Source: Octopus vulgaris
Lineage: Eukaryota
Direction of reading: 5' to 3'
NCBI GenBank assembly: GCA_951406725.2
Contig: OX597816.1
Coordinates: 129,828,001-129,892,000, forward strand
Length of the DNA: 64,000 bases
Shown here: positions 23,414-37,860 of the stretch, piece after piece
Numbering within the stretch: the stretch's first letter is position 1
How the letters are laid out: every line of letters starts with the position of its first letter
Notes under the pieces: model-generated
The model's input: the letters and a program-made list of their open reading frames with translations, nothing else
Told to the model about the DNA's origin: nothing
Databases searched by the model: none
Position numbers and translations under genes: made by a program

Positions 23414-23744
23414 CAGGAAATGCTTCGAAATATGGTTTTATTGTTTCGTATAACAGTACCGCTCTGGTGGCAGAAAAACAAAGTAAAGGTGTCAGATTCA
23501 AAACTACAGGTTCATGTGGTGTCGGATTTCAGAGTCCCAACATGTGCAACGCATATTCATTTAGATTAATTTAGAACCTCTGTATGATAGGTAGTTCCAC
23601 AATTAGACATCACAGTGAAGTAGTAAAACACGAGCTTTTGGTTCAATGTTAATATTTAATCAAAGAAATTGTCACATACTGGATGGCGTATGGCAATTGA
23701 AATAAAACAGTTTGCTTAATGACGGTGAGTGGTATCGACCATCA

Positions 23745-24060
23745 CAACCACATGGTTTCGAGTTCAGTTTCACTGCCTGACACCTTGGGCAAGTGTCTTC
23801 TACTACAGCCTCGACCTGACCAAAGTATTGTGAGAGGATTTGGTTGATGGAAACTGAAAGAAGCCCGTCGTATGTGTGTATGTGTGTGTGTCATTGTCTG
23901 TTTGTCCCCCACCACCACTTGACAACTGGTACTGATGTGTTTACGTCCCCAAATACTAGGCTTTAAAAAAATAAGTCCTGGGTTCGATTTGTTCGACTAA
24001 AACCCTTCGAGGCGGTGCCCCAGCAGACAAATGAGTGAAACAAGTAAAAGATAAAAGATA
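23745..24060 (+). mobile_element. Family-A SINE
   Basis: Matches 63121-63535 with internal deletions. Confidence 0.85.
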
Positions 24061-24099
24061 ACACAAATGGTAATTCAATTTTAAAACAAACTAAACAAT

Positions 24100-24345
24100 T
24101 TCGTTAAAGTATGAAAAATTGCTAATAATTCCTTCAAAATTTGCTGTTGGTAAATTTATTCAAACCCCAAGGAATCCCTCTCAACACATGGCTATGATGC
24201 TCCCCCACTACTCATAATCAGACATGCACATATTGTCAGCCACTAAGGGACATGCTCAAGTGTTCAAGGTCAAGTAACTGATAAACAAATCTGTGGTATT
24301 GAACAGAATATTTGCTATAACGATATTTTTGCTTCAGCAACTCGG
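24100..24345 (+). mobile_element. Partial copy of a ~430-bp TIR-bearing element
   Basis: Matches 52420-52660 in the same orientation and 24680-24915 inverted. Confidence 0.75.
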
Positions 24346-24527
24346 TTAACTGAAACGGTGGCCTATTCAGTAGCGCTTTATTTATAACAGAGGTTTCTTC
24401 ATTAAGACTGAATCAAGGAAAACTAGGTTTTAAGTAAAGGGCATTGTACAATACGTGTGTATTTATGTGTACGCATGCATTAGAGGGAAGGTAGAATAAC
24501 ACCGTGTAACAACATTTAAAAAAAAAA

Positions 24528-24968
24528 AATTTGTCTTTGGTCAGTAAGTGTTATTTTCCACTTGCTTCTAACTAGAAATCAAAGGAAATGATTACTATTC
24601 CCTTCAAACATTTTGTGACCTGGACATCAATGTTTTGAAACTGACCTATTTTCCATTACATTTCAGACAGATTCAGCGCTGAGTTGCTGAAGCAGAAATA
24701 TCATTATAGCAAATATTCTCAATACCACTGATTTGCTTGTCAGTTGCTTGACCTTAAACACTTGATCATATCCCTTAGTGGTTAACAATATGCGCATCTC
24801 TGTTTGAGCAGGCTTGGTGGGGGAACAGTATAGTCATGTGTTGAGAGGAATTCTTCGGGATTTGAATAGATTTAATAAAAGCAAAGTTTGAAGAAAATAT
24901 TAGCCATTTTTCATGCTTTCTAAGGGTAAGCAAATAGGAAAATAACAGTTGCTACCCAAGGACAAAAG
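24528..24968 (-). mobile_element. Putative MITE with imperfect ~35-40-bp terminal inverted repeats
   Basis: tttgtctttggtcagtaagtgttattttccacttgctt versus aagcaaataggaaaataacagttgctacccaaggacaaaa. A full-length homolog lies at 52367-52792. Confidence 0.7.
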
Positions 24969-26737
24969 TCTGTTACACAGTGTAATCAAACTCTCAGAAA
25001 CCTGAATATTCTAACAGAACTTAACATTATCTAGCGAACACTCCCTGAACGAAGCCAAGAACGTCGATTGAAACACTTTTGGTTTCTTAACCAGAGAAGT
25101 TGATGGTATTACATCCTAGTCTCGTTTTCCATTGTTTAAACAAATTAGCACGCGCGCGCGCACACACACACACACACCATACAAAAACACACACACGCCA
25201 TACACATACATACACACACAAACACCATACACGGATACAAATGATAACAATAATAATAACTGCATTTTTAAAGAATCTCTTTGTTCAACAAATAAACAAA
25301 TTAACTCGAATTTTAAAAATTATATTTGAAATGCATTGTTCTTCCATGTTTTGACTTGCTCTGTAATTACGTTTACTTGTATATGTGATGCAAAGTGGGG
25401 GAAAAACAACATAAAACTAAAACGATTAATCGGGGGTTTTTTTCTTGACTGTCTGCACGCCTTGTCTATAATTTACTTCTTTTTATATTGTTAAAAGACT
25501 GTTAAAAGATTTTCGTTTATACTACATTCAAGCAACAGGCCTAATCTCTACTTAGTCCGCCAATAGATACTTTGAAATAAATACTGAGTACAAGGCTTCC
25601 TAATGCCAAGCCTAAATCACTTGATGATTTCCGCATTTTCAGTAGTTCAACAATTTCTCTGTGTGTGAGTGTGTATGCCTCCTCTCCGTGTGTACATGTT
25701 TGTATGTACGTATGTGGATATGAGAGAATACTTATTTGTAAACTGTTTGTGAATACAATCGTTTGCGAACGATTTACGTGTGAAGGAAAGAGTGCCGGCA
25801 TAAAGAATTCTTGTTTAAATATTTTTTGGGAATTCACGGACCAACCCTTTAGTGAAATTACTCAAAAGTTGACTTTCGACCGAGACATAATATGTAAATG
25901 ATTTCATTTACATTTAACGTTTAGCACTGTGCCAACCAGTAATATGACAATTTGATTCGAACCAAGCCGTTTAAACAACTAAGGTACGATATTATTGTTA
26001 TTCTTATTCTTTTATCGTTCCCCGCTACATACACACACAACCACTTAGTTCAAGGGAATTAAGGAGTTATGCGCCTTTTAAGTGAAGACTGGTTGACTTA
26101 TTAGATATAGTGCATGTATACAATAACAGCTATTTAGAAAATACGCAAACGAAACGTGCTCAAGATATGCTTAATCTGTTTAAAATACCAAGTAAAGCGT
26201 TAACCTACAAAAGATGTCCTATGAAGTTAGTTCGTGTGGAAATTTGTATTTGAAATGTCATTCTCTGACCTCCTGTATTTCTATAAAATATATCTTTAAT
26301 AAACAAGAGATAACAAGGGATAACGACATGATATGAAGTTGTAAAATTATAGATAATCGTATTCTTTATTTGTTTTGCATCTCAATTAGAATGTGTATAT
26401 TGACATACACACATACGATCACTTAAAATAACAATTATGTATTTAGGCTACAACTAGACTGACAACAAGTCTCTATACAGGAGACTATGTATGAACAGTG
26501 ACCCATCTTTTCAGTCTGACGAATAAAAATAAACAAAACAAACTTGTTCGTCTCGTACCTATATTGATTATAATAGGAAAATACCTATACTGTTTTCAGT
26601 ATCTGTGGGAAAAAAAGCACACACACATATATAATTTGTATGTGTTGTAGTGCTGTCAGTGAATTTCATCAACATTATTTTTATTGCAATTTGGTTATAC
26701 TATGTCTATTGTGTCGACACTAGTATAGCATAGATCA

Positions 26738-26890
26738 ATCATGGGCAAACTGCTGCCCGCAGGACTTTCTGAATGGCTCACCCAATGAAAGATTATCTTG
26801 AATTTTTTTTTTTTCAGCAGTGCGGCCCGCTTGATGGTGAGCCATGTCTCATGCGGCCCTCTTCTCGAAATAAGATTACCCATTACCTGG
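26738..26890 (+). mobile_element. hAT/Charlie-like MITE
   Basis: catgggcaaactgctgcccgc...gcggcccgc...ttacccattacctg. Homolog of 6836-6990. Confidence 0.65.
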
Positions 26891-27124
26891 CAAAGGTCAT
26901 AAAATCTAGTCAAACCGAATTTATAGTGCCAGGTTCATTTCCAACTTGAAGCTATTTCACATACCATATGTTATTAATAATACCTCATCTTTTCTGTCTT
27001 AGAAATGTAGATTCTCTTAACTATTTCGAAAATGATCTGCTCATTCAATTTAATATTTCAAAATCAACTTGATAAGAATGATGCAAAAATATTTTGGATA
27101 TATTTATTCTTGAAATATGTCATT

Positions 27125-27420
27125 TAGGCGCAGGCTGACCGTGAAGTAAGAAGCCTGTTTCCCAACCACATGGTCCCAGGTTCATTCCCGCTGTGTGGCA
27201 CCTTCTATTGTAGCCTCGGGCCGACTAAAGCCTTGTAAGTGGATATGGTAGATGAAAACTGAAAAAGCTCGTCGTGTGTATTGTGTATTTGTCTCCCACC
27301 ACCGCTCGACAACTGGTGATTGTGTGTTTATGTCCGTAACTTAGTAGTTCGGCAAAAGAGTTCGCCAAGCCAGTGTCCCAGCATGGCCGCAATCAAATGA
27401 CTGAAACAAGTAAAAGATAT
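27125..27420 (+). mobile_element. Family-A SINE
   Basis: aggcgcagg...ccacatggtcccaggttca...ccagcatggccgcaatcaaatgactgaaacaagtaaaaga. Confidence 0.85.
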
Positions 27421-27814
27421 TTATTCTAGAAATACGCCATTTAAGTATATTTCTACCAGGAAAATACGAGGCTCTTCTGTCGAAATATCACCCCCACCTT
27501 TTTTTTTTTTTTTTTTACATCGAAAGTTCTAAGTTATCACAGCATATGACATCTCCTGCCATCTAAATCCTTAGGTTGTGAGTCAATTATTTTGCAATAT
27601 GCGAAAACTTCTTTGAATCAAGAATGAAATCTTCCATGTTCGTATTGGTCTTTTATTACATGATTTTTCTTAAATTAGTTAATTTCTTTTAATAAAAAAG
27701 ACTATATAAAGGTTTCAATCTTAATTCACCTTCAGTTCTTTTAATAGTGTTTGTTGTTTTCTAATCCAGCTTCTTTTCTGTCCTCTTCTCTTTCTTTCTT
27801 CCGTCCGTGCTGTC

Positions 27815-28015
27815 GTTAATTAGTCCTGAATCAAACATAATCGACTAGACTTTATGATCAAGGCATTCCAGTTGGGACCATCCCGACTTTATATGCGTGA
27901 CTAAAATTACTTTTTCCAGTCCGCCCTTTCCGTTTTTAAGACAGTAGGATGTAACTGGAAATAGAATTAGTTGCTATTGCTAGCAGGTCAAACGACCACG
28001 TTGAGTCTCTCTCTG
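27815..28015 (-). mobile_element. Family-C SINE tail
   Basis: gatcaaggcattccagttgggaccatccc...gctattgctagcaggtcaaacgaccac. Multiple copies in the window. Confidence 0.6.
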
Positions 28016-28769
28016 TCATGTTTTGCTAGGAAGTCATTAACTTATTTTGTTTCTTGCAACAAGACCTGATACTGACATAGTACGACTGACGTATTAATTA
28101 TTGGGCTATTAAACTAAAGTTATTCATTCAATGATTGCTTACTGGACTACGTACAGTCAGTGTATGACAAAATAAAGAATGATATCTGTCTCTGTATCAT
28201 AAAAAGCCAATATTGAAATGTGTAGAATGGAACCTTTGGTGATAACGAAGAATGAATAGATTTTCTATAGCATTTGTTTAAGGAACTCTTTTTATACTGA
28301 TGTTTAGGCTGTTGGTGAAGTGGATGTTTGTCCTGAAAATTGCTATCCTTGCTGCTGCTACTGTTTGCATATAAAATTTAGGATAGGTTGCAATATGAAA
28401 TTGTTGTGATACTAGGACTGCCCCAGCCATCGTCTAATGTATAATCCATCTGCAACAGTTGATTATTGTTGTTCATGTTATTCCCTTTGTGAACCGAATT
28501 CTAGACCCGATTTCTCAAAGAAACTAAAATTATCCAATTCATTTACTTTAATTGTATCGCATTTGATGGCATATAAGAGAAAAGTGCACTGTGTATTTTT
28601 GTGCCTGTGTTTGTCTCCCACCACCGCTCGACAACTGGTATTGGTGTGTTTATGTGTCCTTAACTTAGTAGTTCGGCAAAAGAGCTCTTTTCTTTATATA
28701 GTCTTTTATAGTTTTATGTGCGAAGGTGGGGCTTCCATAAGCTTTAATGAGCTAAAGACCTTTTTCCTG

Positions 28770-28836
28770 AATATGTGCTGCTGAAATTAGGATGCGCCTA
28801 ATATACCCGTGCGTCCTTTATGCTATCAAATACGGT
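28770..28836. mobile_element. Possible pogo/Tc2-like terminal repeat
   Basis: gcgcctaatatacccgtgcgtccttta..caaatacggt resembles the ACCGTATTT termini of pogo-like MITEs. Confidence 0.35.
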
Positions 28837-29954
28837 CATTTCTAAATATTGGTACAAAAATCATGCATGTGATTTTTGAAATGTGGTGTCGGTTTAACCA
28901 CTCTGTTCTTGATTGTTTTTTATTTTATTCAACAACCCCCAAAATGGATGAAACACGAAACTGATTCCTTTTCTTTAAACGTTTCAGACTTTAAGGCTCC
29001 CTCTTTTGTGCACACGCGCGTTGTGTGTGTGTGTCTTCTGCGTTATGTTGCTCTGAATCAATATGTTTACAGGTTTAAGCAACAGTACCTATCCTAGTAC
29101 TCAGCCTCTATGTTGTCGAATTAAATGTTCTTAATATATAATACATTACTCATGGTATCTTTTTTTTTCAAAATTAAGTCGAATATTCATATCAGATAAT
29201 TTACATGCAATTACTTTTGTTTTGTTACGTGCAATGTAGAGATAACTTTTCTTGGTTCTCTACATTAAATATGTCTAGCGCTCACTTTATAAATACGTGT
29301 TACTTTCTTTTAAATTGTGTCTATTCTCTTGCTAGCTTGGCTAAAGCTTATATTAATGCATGCATAGGCACAAACAAACAAAAAAAAGAACGCAGTGTAA
29401 ATAACGGACCGAATCAAGATTATTGAAAAGGTTGCAAAACACAACGAAAATTTTAGGAAAATAAAAATAAGAAATAAGTGAAAATTTTACCGGTGAGTGT
29501 GTTAAATTATAAGAAAATGACTCTCCCCAGACACAACAGAGTATCTATTCTCATATATCCAAAATCCTAGAACCATATTGAATTTCTGGAACGTATTCGT
29601 TACTGGGGTTGAAACTACACTTCATTCGTTATAATTGAGAGAATTGTTGTAGAGAAGAATGTCTGAATTCTTAAGTGAAATGTAATGAATCCTTTACTTC
29701 TTAAAACGTTAAACTATTCCATCTCAAAGATTGTCTACAGCTCAAACTACCTTTTTGAAAAACTCTACATCGAGGTTTGTCACTTTGTGTAATATCAAAC
29801 AGGTAGGACTGAGCCAGATTCAGAGCTTCATTTTAAATCAACATTTAGAAATAAATTTAAAGTTGGTATCTTTTTAAAATTTGTTCCAATCATATGAAAT
29901 ATTTCAAATTTTTACCAGATTTAAAAAAAAAAAAAAGATTCTAGTTTTGGATAC

Positions 29955-30341
29955 TGGGGCACCGTCTCGAAACATTAGTCGAATCTATCGACCCCAGTAC
30001 TTATTTTTTTAAAGTCTGGTACTTACTCTATCAGTCTCTTGTGCCGAACCGCTACGTTACTGATACGTAAAATCACCAGCACCGGTTGTCAAGCAGTTGC
30101 GGGGGACAAACAGAAACAAAGAAACGCGCACATAGATACATATATATGTGTGTGTGTGTATGTATGTATGTATATATATATATATATATATATATTGTGT
30201 GTGTGTGTGTATACACACACATATATACGACAGGCTTCTTTCAGTTTCTTGTCTATCAAATCCGCTCACAAGGCTTCGGTCACAAGGCAAGTTGCCGCGC
30301 AATGGAACTGAACCCGGAACCATATGGTTGGGAAGCAAGCT
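29955..30341 (-). mobile_element. Family-A SINE
   Basis: Reverse complement matches the family consensus, with an internal TA/TG microsatellite. Confidence 0.85.
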
Positions 30342-30365
30342 TATATATAAATAAATAAATAAACA

Positions 30366-30502
30366 AATGTTCCTTCTCGAGCCATATCAGGCTCATAAGG
30401 GCCGGTTTCCCGGTTTTAGTGGCGTAGAAATTCCCCACCTGGACAGGACGCCGGTCCGTCGCAGGATTACTCATTTTTGCCACTTGAGTGGACTGGAGAC
30501 AC
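30366..30502 (-). mobile_element. SINE 3' part sharing its tail with 33272-33554
   Basis: tgttccttctcgagcca..ctcataagggcc..ggacgccggtccgtcgcagg is shared; the upstream module differs. Confidence 0.75.
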
Positions 30503-32646
30503 AACGATGATGAAACCTTAATGTAGTCTCTCAACCTGCAAGAAATAGTAGCCAAATCTTCCTTAAACTACACCACAGTATCTAAAAGACAGAAAAAAAT
30601 GCAACATTGTAGCAAAGTACTGTATATTTCTTCGCTTGAGGCAGGTTCAAGGGCTTCTCAGTGTTTGAGTGTTATGAATAACATTTAAATTAAAGTCAAC
30701 TTCCGCGGATGTAATCTTTTATTGAATTTACAACCTCCAAAACCCTCATTGGGCCCTACAGATTGATATTAATGTACTTTCTCATTCCTTATAAAATTGT
30801 AGACAAAGTTTATCAGAAAAAAAGGTGGCGGTAGTGATGAATAATAATGGCATTCATTTTCCACCACCAAACTTTGTAAAACAGTGTAGAAAATTAGTAA
30901 ACAAAAAAATCTGAAAATTCCAAGTATTTCAAGTGGTGGGAAAAAATTTAACAAGATTCTAAAGTGGTTTGATACAATTCAAAAACAAGTAATCATCCTA
31001 TGTCGTTTAAACATATTACTCTTTAACTTTCCTCACTCTTTCCTATTTTGTACCTTATCCTCTCTCTCTCACACACATACACACACATAAGTGTGCATAT
31101 GTTTTTGTATTTAGTGCGTGGTATGCGCGTGCGTGTGTAGGCATTTGTTATATAATGAACGAATCGATGGTGAATTATGAAAGCAGGAATATAGAATGAA
31201 TACGTTGCAGAAAATCATTCCAAATAATAAAAAAGTCCTTTGAGTTTCTATAATTTATCCTTTACTTGTTTCAGTCATTAGGAATCAAAGGGGGTCCATG
31301 GGTAAAAAATGGTTAAAAACTACTTGTCGAGGTTTAATTGTGGGCGCAATGCCCTCAATGGAATTTGAAATGTAGCGGCTATTATCGTGATAGTGAAAGG
31401 GGAAGAGAAAATATTCAGAAAGACAAAGAATTTGTGATTTGTCAGCGTTTTGTTACCCAGATCAAAGGGGAAACTAGGTTTGTGATCTTTAAACATTCTA
31501 GATAGTTGAATTTGTAAGGTGTTGATGGTTCGCATCTTGGGCTAGGTACTAATGCAGTGTGTCTGTGGCCAAGACACAATCCACAGCCACTAAGTCTATC
31601 TATCTCTTAGGTGTTGTTGTTTAGCCCTAGGTTAGTTATGACTGAGTAGAGTTATCGCCAAGGTTATAACAGCCTTGATCATACCATCTTTTTGTATATG
31701 TAGAACTACATTCTGCATTGTGTCCTTCCTTTGGTAAGAAAGTAGTATGTGATTTGAAGAAATTTGATTGCTATTTCAAGCTACCTCGTATGTATTCTTT
31801 CATTGGTTTGCTCTTATGAGATACAAGAAATATAACTCATTGAGTAAGCAGTGGCAGCACTGAAATTAAAGAGTGTTTTCAATGATTTGCACTGAGACCT
31901 ATACAGGAAGAGACTGACCTATGAATTGTTAAAGGATTAGCTGGTTGGTGACTAGGAGGAGCAAGACACTCGGATGAATGGTAAACCATTCCGAGACGCT
32001 GCTCGACAAGTTTACTTGTCATACTCAGCAAAAAATTTGTCGATATTGAATGTAACAGAAGACAATAAGTAACAGGAACTTGTAGATCACCGAAATACTG
32101 CTTTGTAGAAATCGTCTCATTGTATTTTGAGTTCAAATCCTACCAAGGTCGACTGTACCTTTCATCCTTACTTGGTTGAAAAATAAGCTCCAGTTAAATA
32201 TTTGGATTTATTAAATCCTCTATGCCGTCCACAAAAAAAAATGTGCTTATTTTGAAATGGTAGAAATCAGCGTTGAAAGTAACAGTCTTCCACTCAGTAG
32301 AGTTTCCTAAATGCGAGACTGCTGCACTTAACATTGATTTCTACCAACGAATTGCTAAGGGGTAGAGGAAGAACTAGTACTGGCTCTGTACGCATCTGAC
32401 ATTCGCCACTGCTCACCAAACCAAGACTCCACTAAAACTGGTTTTCGTTGATTCCGATACAGCCAGCTTTTGTGTTCTTGTTATTATTTAGAACCAGGTC
32501 AGCCTTGATTGAGCAACAGACCTATGGTTTCGAAAAGAAAAAAAAACATTCCAGTCCTGCTTAGAACTTGTATACATAGAACTGTTCTGACCTGTGCGTC
32601 GTTTCCCCTTCCCCATTTTTTGTAAGCCGATAAAATGTAGTCTGAG

Positions 32647-33075
32647 CAATGGCAGCTCGTGTATAGGCACTGCGGAACTGCAGTACCACATATTTCCACT
32701 CGATATTATCGATAACATTCAATATAATAAGTCCCTTTTTTTCTTTAATTCTTTCTTTATACTTGTACATTATATCATCCTTAAGCTTAATGTCAGTAGC
32801 CATCCCCTAGTTTATGAAAAAAATACAAAAATCCTTGTATAGAACTGTGCGCTTCACAATTCCAGCAACGCGGTGTTTGGCTGCTGTGCGCATGCTCACA
32901 TGTCCGAAGGAAACAGAGAGCACTGTGTGAACGATAGTGCCGAACCCGGTATTTCGGTGGAAGGCAGTGTTTCTCTTTGACTCCGCGTGTGTTGTGCTTA
33001 AAAACCTGTTTATATTTTTGAATGTGATAAATTAAACACACTACCCGCCAGTGGCTAAAACGCGAACCTATCAAG
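32647..33075 (+). mobile_element. Partial copy of the hAT-like MITE at 49325-49821
   Basis: About 400 bp of clear similarity (ataggcactgc.gaactgcag...gcgcatgctca). Confidence 0.8.
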
Positions 33076-33271
33076 TTTACGTATAAATTTTCTCTTTATA
33101 TGTTTGTTGTACACCATGTAAGAATTGAACCACTTCAGTGGTAGTGTCAATCAAATTCAATCTACTGGCCACCACAAATATCTTTATTGTCACTCTTATA
33201 CTCTTAAATATAGAATCAGAACACTGTTGCCATCCGGTGTTGATGATGATATTGATAGTATGGTTTGGTAT

Positions 33272-33554
33272 TGTTTGTTCCTTCTCGAGCCACGCCTGAC
33301 TCATAAGGGCCAGTTTCCCGGTTTCCTTGGCGTATAGGTTCCCCACCTAGACGGGACGCCGGTCCGTCGCAGGTGAGCTGCAAGGTGCAGGAGAAAAGAG
33401 TGAAAGTTGTGGCGAAAGAGTCAGCAGAAGTTCGCCATTACCTTCTGCTGGAGCCGCGTGGAGCTTAGGTGTTTCGCTCATAAACACACATATCGAACAC
33501 GCGATCCCTCGACCGCGAGTCAGCTGCTCTAACCACTTGGCCATGTGCCTCCAC
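33272..33554 (-). mobile_element. tRNA-derived SINE (family D), TSD-bounded
   Basis: Head ggaggcacatggccaagtggttagagcagctgactcgcggtcgagggatcgcg. 12-bp TSD atggtttggtat at 33260-33271 and 33555-33566. Confidence 0.85.
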
Positions 33555-35094
33555 ATGGTTTGGTATACTCTCGATATATTGCTCGTAGTGATTATTGCTC
33601 TTATCACTGCAAAACTCCTGGGATATTAATTGATATTATTCTCCATGTAAAACTCTTGATTTATCGACCATATCAACGCAAGTATTGCCTTTTCATACTC
33701 TCAATATATTAGCCATTCAGATATTCCTTTATATCGATCACTTTGATCAATATATTCAATGCCTAACGGGCCCCCTCCCTTCCCCCCGCCCTCCCCTCCC
33801 TATTTATGCGTGCGCGCGCACACACACATTCGCTACGAGGTGTACTTCGTCGCTTTTGTTGCTTATGTGACCTAATGTAAATAGAAAAAATACAGATAAT
33901 GAAAGAGGACTCTTTGAAGGACTTCTCCATAATTTGACCCTTGGTGAGGTTATCTCCTTAATATTGTTCTTAGAGTTTATAAAAGTCACTCCTTAAACAG
34001 ACCTGTTAAAGCACTCCAATTTGACGAATATAAACATATTGAAAGCTTCGTGTTTTTCCTTTCTAAACAAATCCTGAAAATACCTTTTGTATACTTTCAT
34101 GTTCAATTTACCCTAAATTCTAAATCTCTATTTACCCGATCAACCGATCGATGTAGTAAGATGAATGAATGAATAGCATTTCTTTTAATCGAATCAGATG
34201 AATTGCTTGCTGTATCTTTTTATACTTCAATATGGCTGTTAAATGAGCCATCTTGAAAAACCTCTGAATAATCTATAGCTGTTTCTCACACAAAATGAAG
34301 CAAACATAACTTATTGTATTACTTTAATTCTCCGTAGTTCTTTTGAATATTATCGCTCCTCTGTGACGAGGTTTATAGAAAGAAGAGTCTGTAGCCATTT
34401 CACTTCACTTACGTTGTTAATGCCCCCTCCATAGAGAGGAGCATGAATGTCACACAGTCCCGTTTCCATTACTCCCTTATAAACCAGAAGTCTTCTACTC
34501 AGTTAAGAGATCAATATTATCACAGTTTCGGTTCTTTATATCATCATCATTCCCTCGCACGCACGCGCACACGCACCACCACCACCACCCTCTACACTGG
34601 TCACACTAACCTGTCTCGCTGTAGAATGCAATTAGTTTTCAAACAGATACGGTGTTGGGAGAATATAGATAGAAAAGAGCTGAAGAAATCAATAGAGCTG
34701 TTTCTGGCAGCTTCGAGACTAACACCTTACAATAATCATACAGGATACTACAACTAACAACCGTCTTAACATGAACATGGTATTACACTCTGTTCTACAA
34801 CTAAACATAAACTAATTACAAGAAACCATAATATAGTTACTATAATTAACCATATCATTTCTAGTTATTAACGACAAGCCATTAATCAGTATCTAAGATG
34901 TATGACATGTAATATCTCTTTGTCTGTGGTTTTAAAACATATATTTAGTACGATTTCATGTAGAGAGCGTCGTGCAGGCAAGAAGTAAACTCCCAGCGTG
35001 AAACCTCAGCGTCTCAGTTTCGATTTCACTTCTCTTGCATTACTAGTCGACTTTGAATAGTCAGTGTCTGATAGAATAAATAAATGTTTTGCGA

Positions 35095-35185
35095 TATTCG
35101 TTCCAGCACTCTTGTGTTTTTAAGTTTGTCTCACCAAGGTAAACTTTACCTTCCATCTTTTCTGGGGTGGTAATGAAATGTCAGA

Positions 35186-35217
<32 letters not shown>

Positions 35218-35820
35218 GCGGCGAGCTGGCAGAATCTGTGGCGCACCGGACAAAGTGCTTGGCTGCATTTCGTCCGTCTTTATGTTCTGGAGTCAAATTC
35301 GTCGTGGTTGACTTTGCATTTCATCCTTTCCCATGTCAATAAAATAAGTACCAGATGAACAATGGGGTCGATGTAATCGACTTGCCCCCTCCTCGAAACT
35401 GCTGGCCTTGTACCAAAATTTGAAATTATTAATAATAATAATAATAACAGTAATTTTTAAAGCTATGCGAACTTTACCTTTCTTCTCTCTCCAATCGATA
35501 AAATAAAGTACCAGTCATGTACTAGGGTCGATCATCTCGATTAACCCCTTCCCTTAAAATTGCTGGCCTTGTGTGCCTAAATCAGAAGCCACAAGAGTAG
35601 TTGATTAGTAGAATCGTTAGGCTACCGGAGAAAATACTTTGCAATATTTATTCCAGCTATTTGCTTTGTGAGTTCAAATGCCGTTGAGGTCAACTTTGCC
35701 TTCCTTCACTTCGAGGTCGATAGAGTAAAGTTGCAGTCATGTACTGAGGCCTGTGATATCGACTTACCCCCTTCCCTCAAAATTACTAGCCTTAGGTCTA
35801 AATTCGAAATCAATATTATT
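35095..35820 (+). mobile_element. Head-to-tail array of family-B SINEs (about 4 units, some truncated)
   Basis: Repeated Meta-domain and aaattgctggccttgtg tails separated by (ATT)n/(AAT)n. Confidence 0.8.
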
Positions 35821-35826
35821 CCCCCA

Positions 35827-35828
<2 letters not shown>

Positions 35829-35900
<72 letters not shown>
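35829..35900. repeat. (CT)n(ATCT)n microsatellite
   Basis: Direct reading. Confidence 0.95.
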
Positions 35901-35902
<2 letters not shown>

Positions 35903-37860
35903 ATCTTTCTATTTCTGTCTGGATTGCCCCTGTAATTCAAAGATCAGCCCTTATCACATGTTGCCACACTGGTCTGACCTGAGAATTTTAGCTTGATTAT
36001 TATCAAGGATACACATATTTGTGGAATATTCAGTCGTTTCTACGTATATTTCATGTGCAGGAGTTTAGTCCAAAAACTAAATCCTTATCGTCGAGACCGA
36101 ATCCATTAGTGCAATTTAGGAAAAGCATTAAAATCACCCCTGCTCATTTCTCTCCCTTTTTGAAATATAAAGATATTTTTTCCATGTAAAGAAATCAAGA
36201 GCAATGGTCCTATATGTTGAACAGTAAAGCCCCCGAAACGAAAATGCTTTGGCAGAATATAGTTCGGTACCATAACCCTTTTTTTTTAATGTTGTATGTC
36301 TGCTTCTGATAGGTATTTAGAGAAATGATACTATGCCAAAGGCACAACAGTAAACTGATTACTTCACTACATCACTGACCCAAATTCAAACCCAGCCAAG
36401 ATCTTCTATGCCTTTCATTCATTCGGTGACGATAAAATATGCTTGCCTACACTCATACTCACCATATGAGTATATATATAATTTACCTTGTACCCGGCAT
36501 TCGTCTTATGTTTGAAAATTTGGCAAGAGATCTAACTTCTGGCTTCGAATCTCCACAAGTCGAGTACTTTATATATTGTCAGGTACTTTATATATTGATC
36601 CCAAATAAGACGAAAAGTAAACTCGACGGGATTTGAGCTCAGAGGAAAAGAGCTGGAATAAATAACACAAGGTATTTCATCTCACGCTCTACCACCTTAT
36701 TAAGCGCACTAGAACTGATTTGGTTGTACGATCATAATAGTCTACAACGTTAATAAAAAAAATTATTGATGCCCATTCGAAAGAAATCTATATTTCAGTA
36801 AACTAGTGTTGTGGATGTTGCTCAGGTTGTAAATCTAAGAAGGTATTTAGCTTGATGCAATTTTAGGTTCACATCCCACCAGAGTTTATTGGATCTTCTT
36901 CCTTCGGGGGCTTGGTCAAATAAAAGTTATTTAAAGTAATATGGCCTATTCAAATGTTCTTATTCCCTTCTTCATATAACCGTTGTATGAGCGGAGAGTA
37001 AATATACTTTTTATGCCTAACCAATAACGGGCATCTGCCATGATTTATGTTCGGAGACCAGAGACAGTAAAGTTAGTGATGAAAGTAGAGCGAGGGATGA
37101 GATAGAGACAGACAGACACTAAAAAAATGCATTTTACTTTTTTTTTTTTTTTTACAGTGATAGTGATTGTTTCACCGCGTTAGCTGAAATTTCATAGTTA
37201 TAGGGAATCAGATGTGGGAAATCATAATCTGTCTGATAGTCCTTCCTTGCTCGTATTCAACTTCTGTCTATCTGTCTGTCTCTCTCCTTCTCCTCCCACC
37301 CCACCTTCTCAGAGGTTCCGCAAGACCAGTTATCTATTCTGATGTCGTTGAAAACTTTATCTCTAGCAAACACCATCTTTTTGCAATCTTTATTCAGGAA
37401 AGGTTTTTTATTAAGAACTATTGCACGCTAATATAACATGTCACAGAAATGTACAATACCTTCTCATATTGCAATGAGTCAGCGAGCATTTAGTGTTTTT
37501 GTCATGAACGCAAACGCAAAATCGACATCTTGACACGAGCCAATTGACCATTGAACCAGTTAGCTGATACCTTAACACTTTGGCTAATTATAACTTACTG
37601 AAGGTTATTTATAAAATAAATATATTTACTACTTTCTATCCGGAAGTTTTTGTCTTCTATGTTGTGCAAAAGAAAAAAATATTGTCTGTTCTGTTATAGT
37701 ATATTCTAGGATTCAGAAGATTCCACCTCAGCCCTGTAAATCTTATTGTTAATTTGTATTAAGATTCGTTCTCTTCTGTCTTTATTTACTCTGTAAATAT
37801 TTTGTCAAGGAAAGAACTTCCATGATGCGATGACTTATGTATTCTTGATACGTTCTGCAG

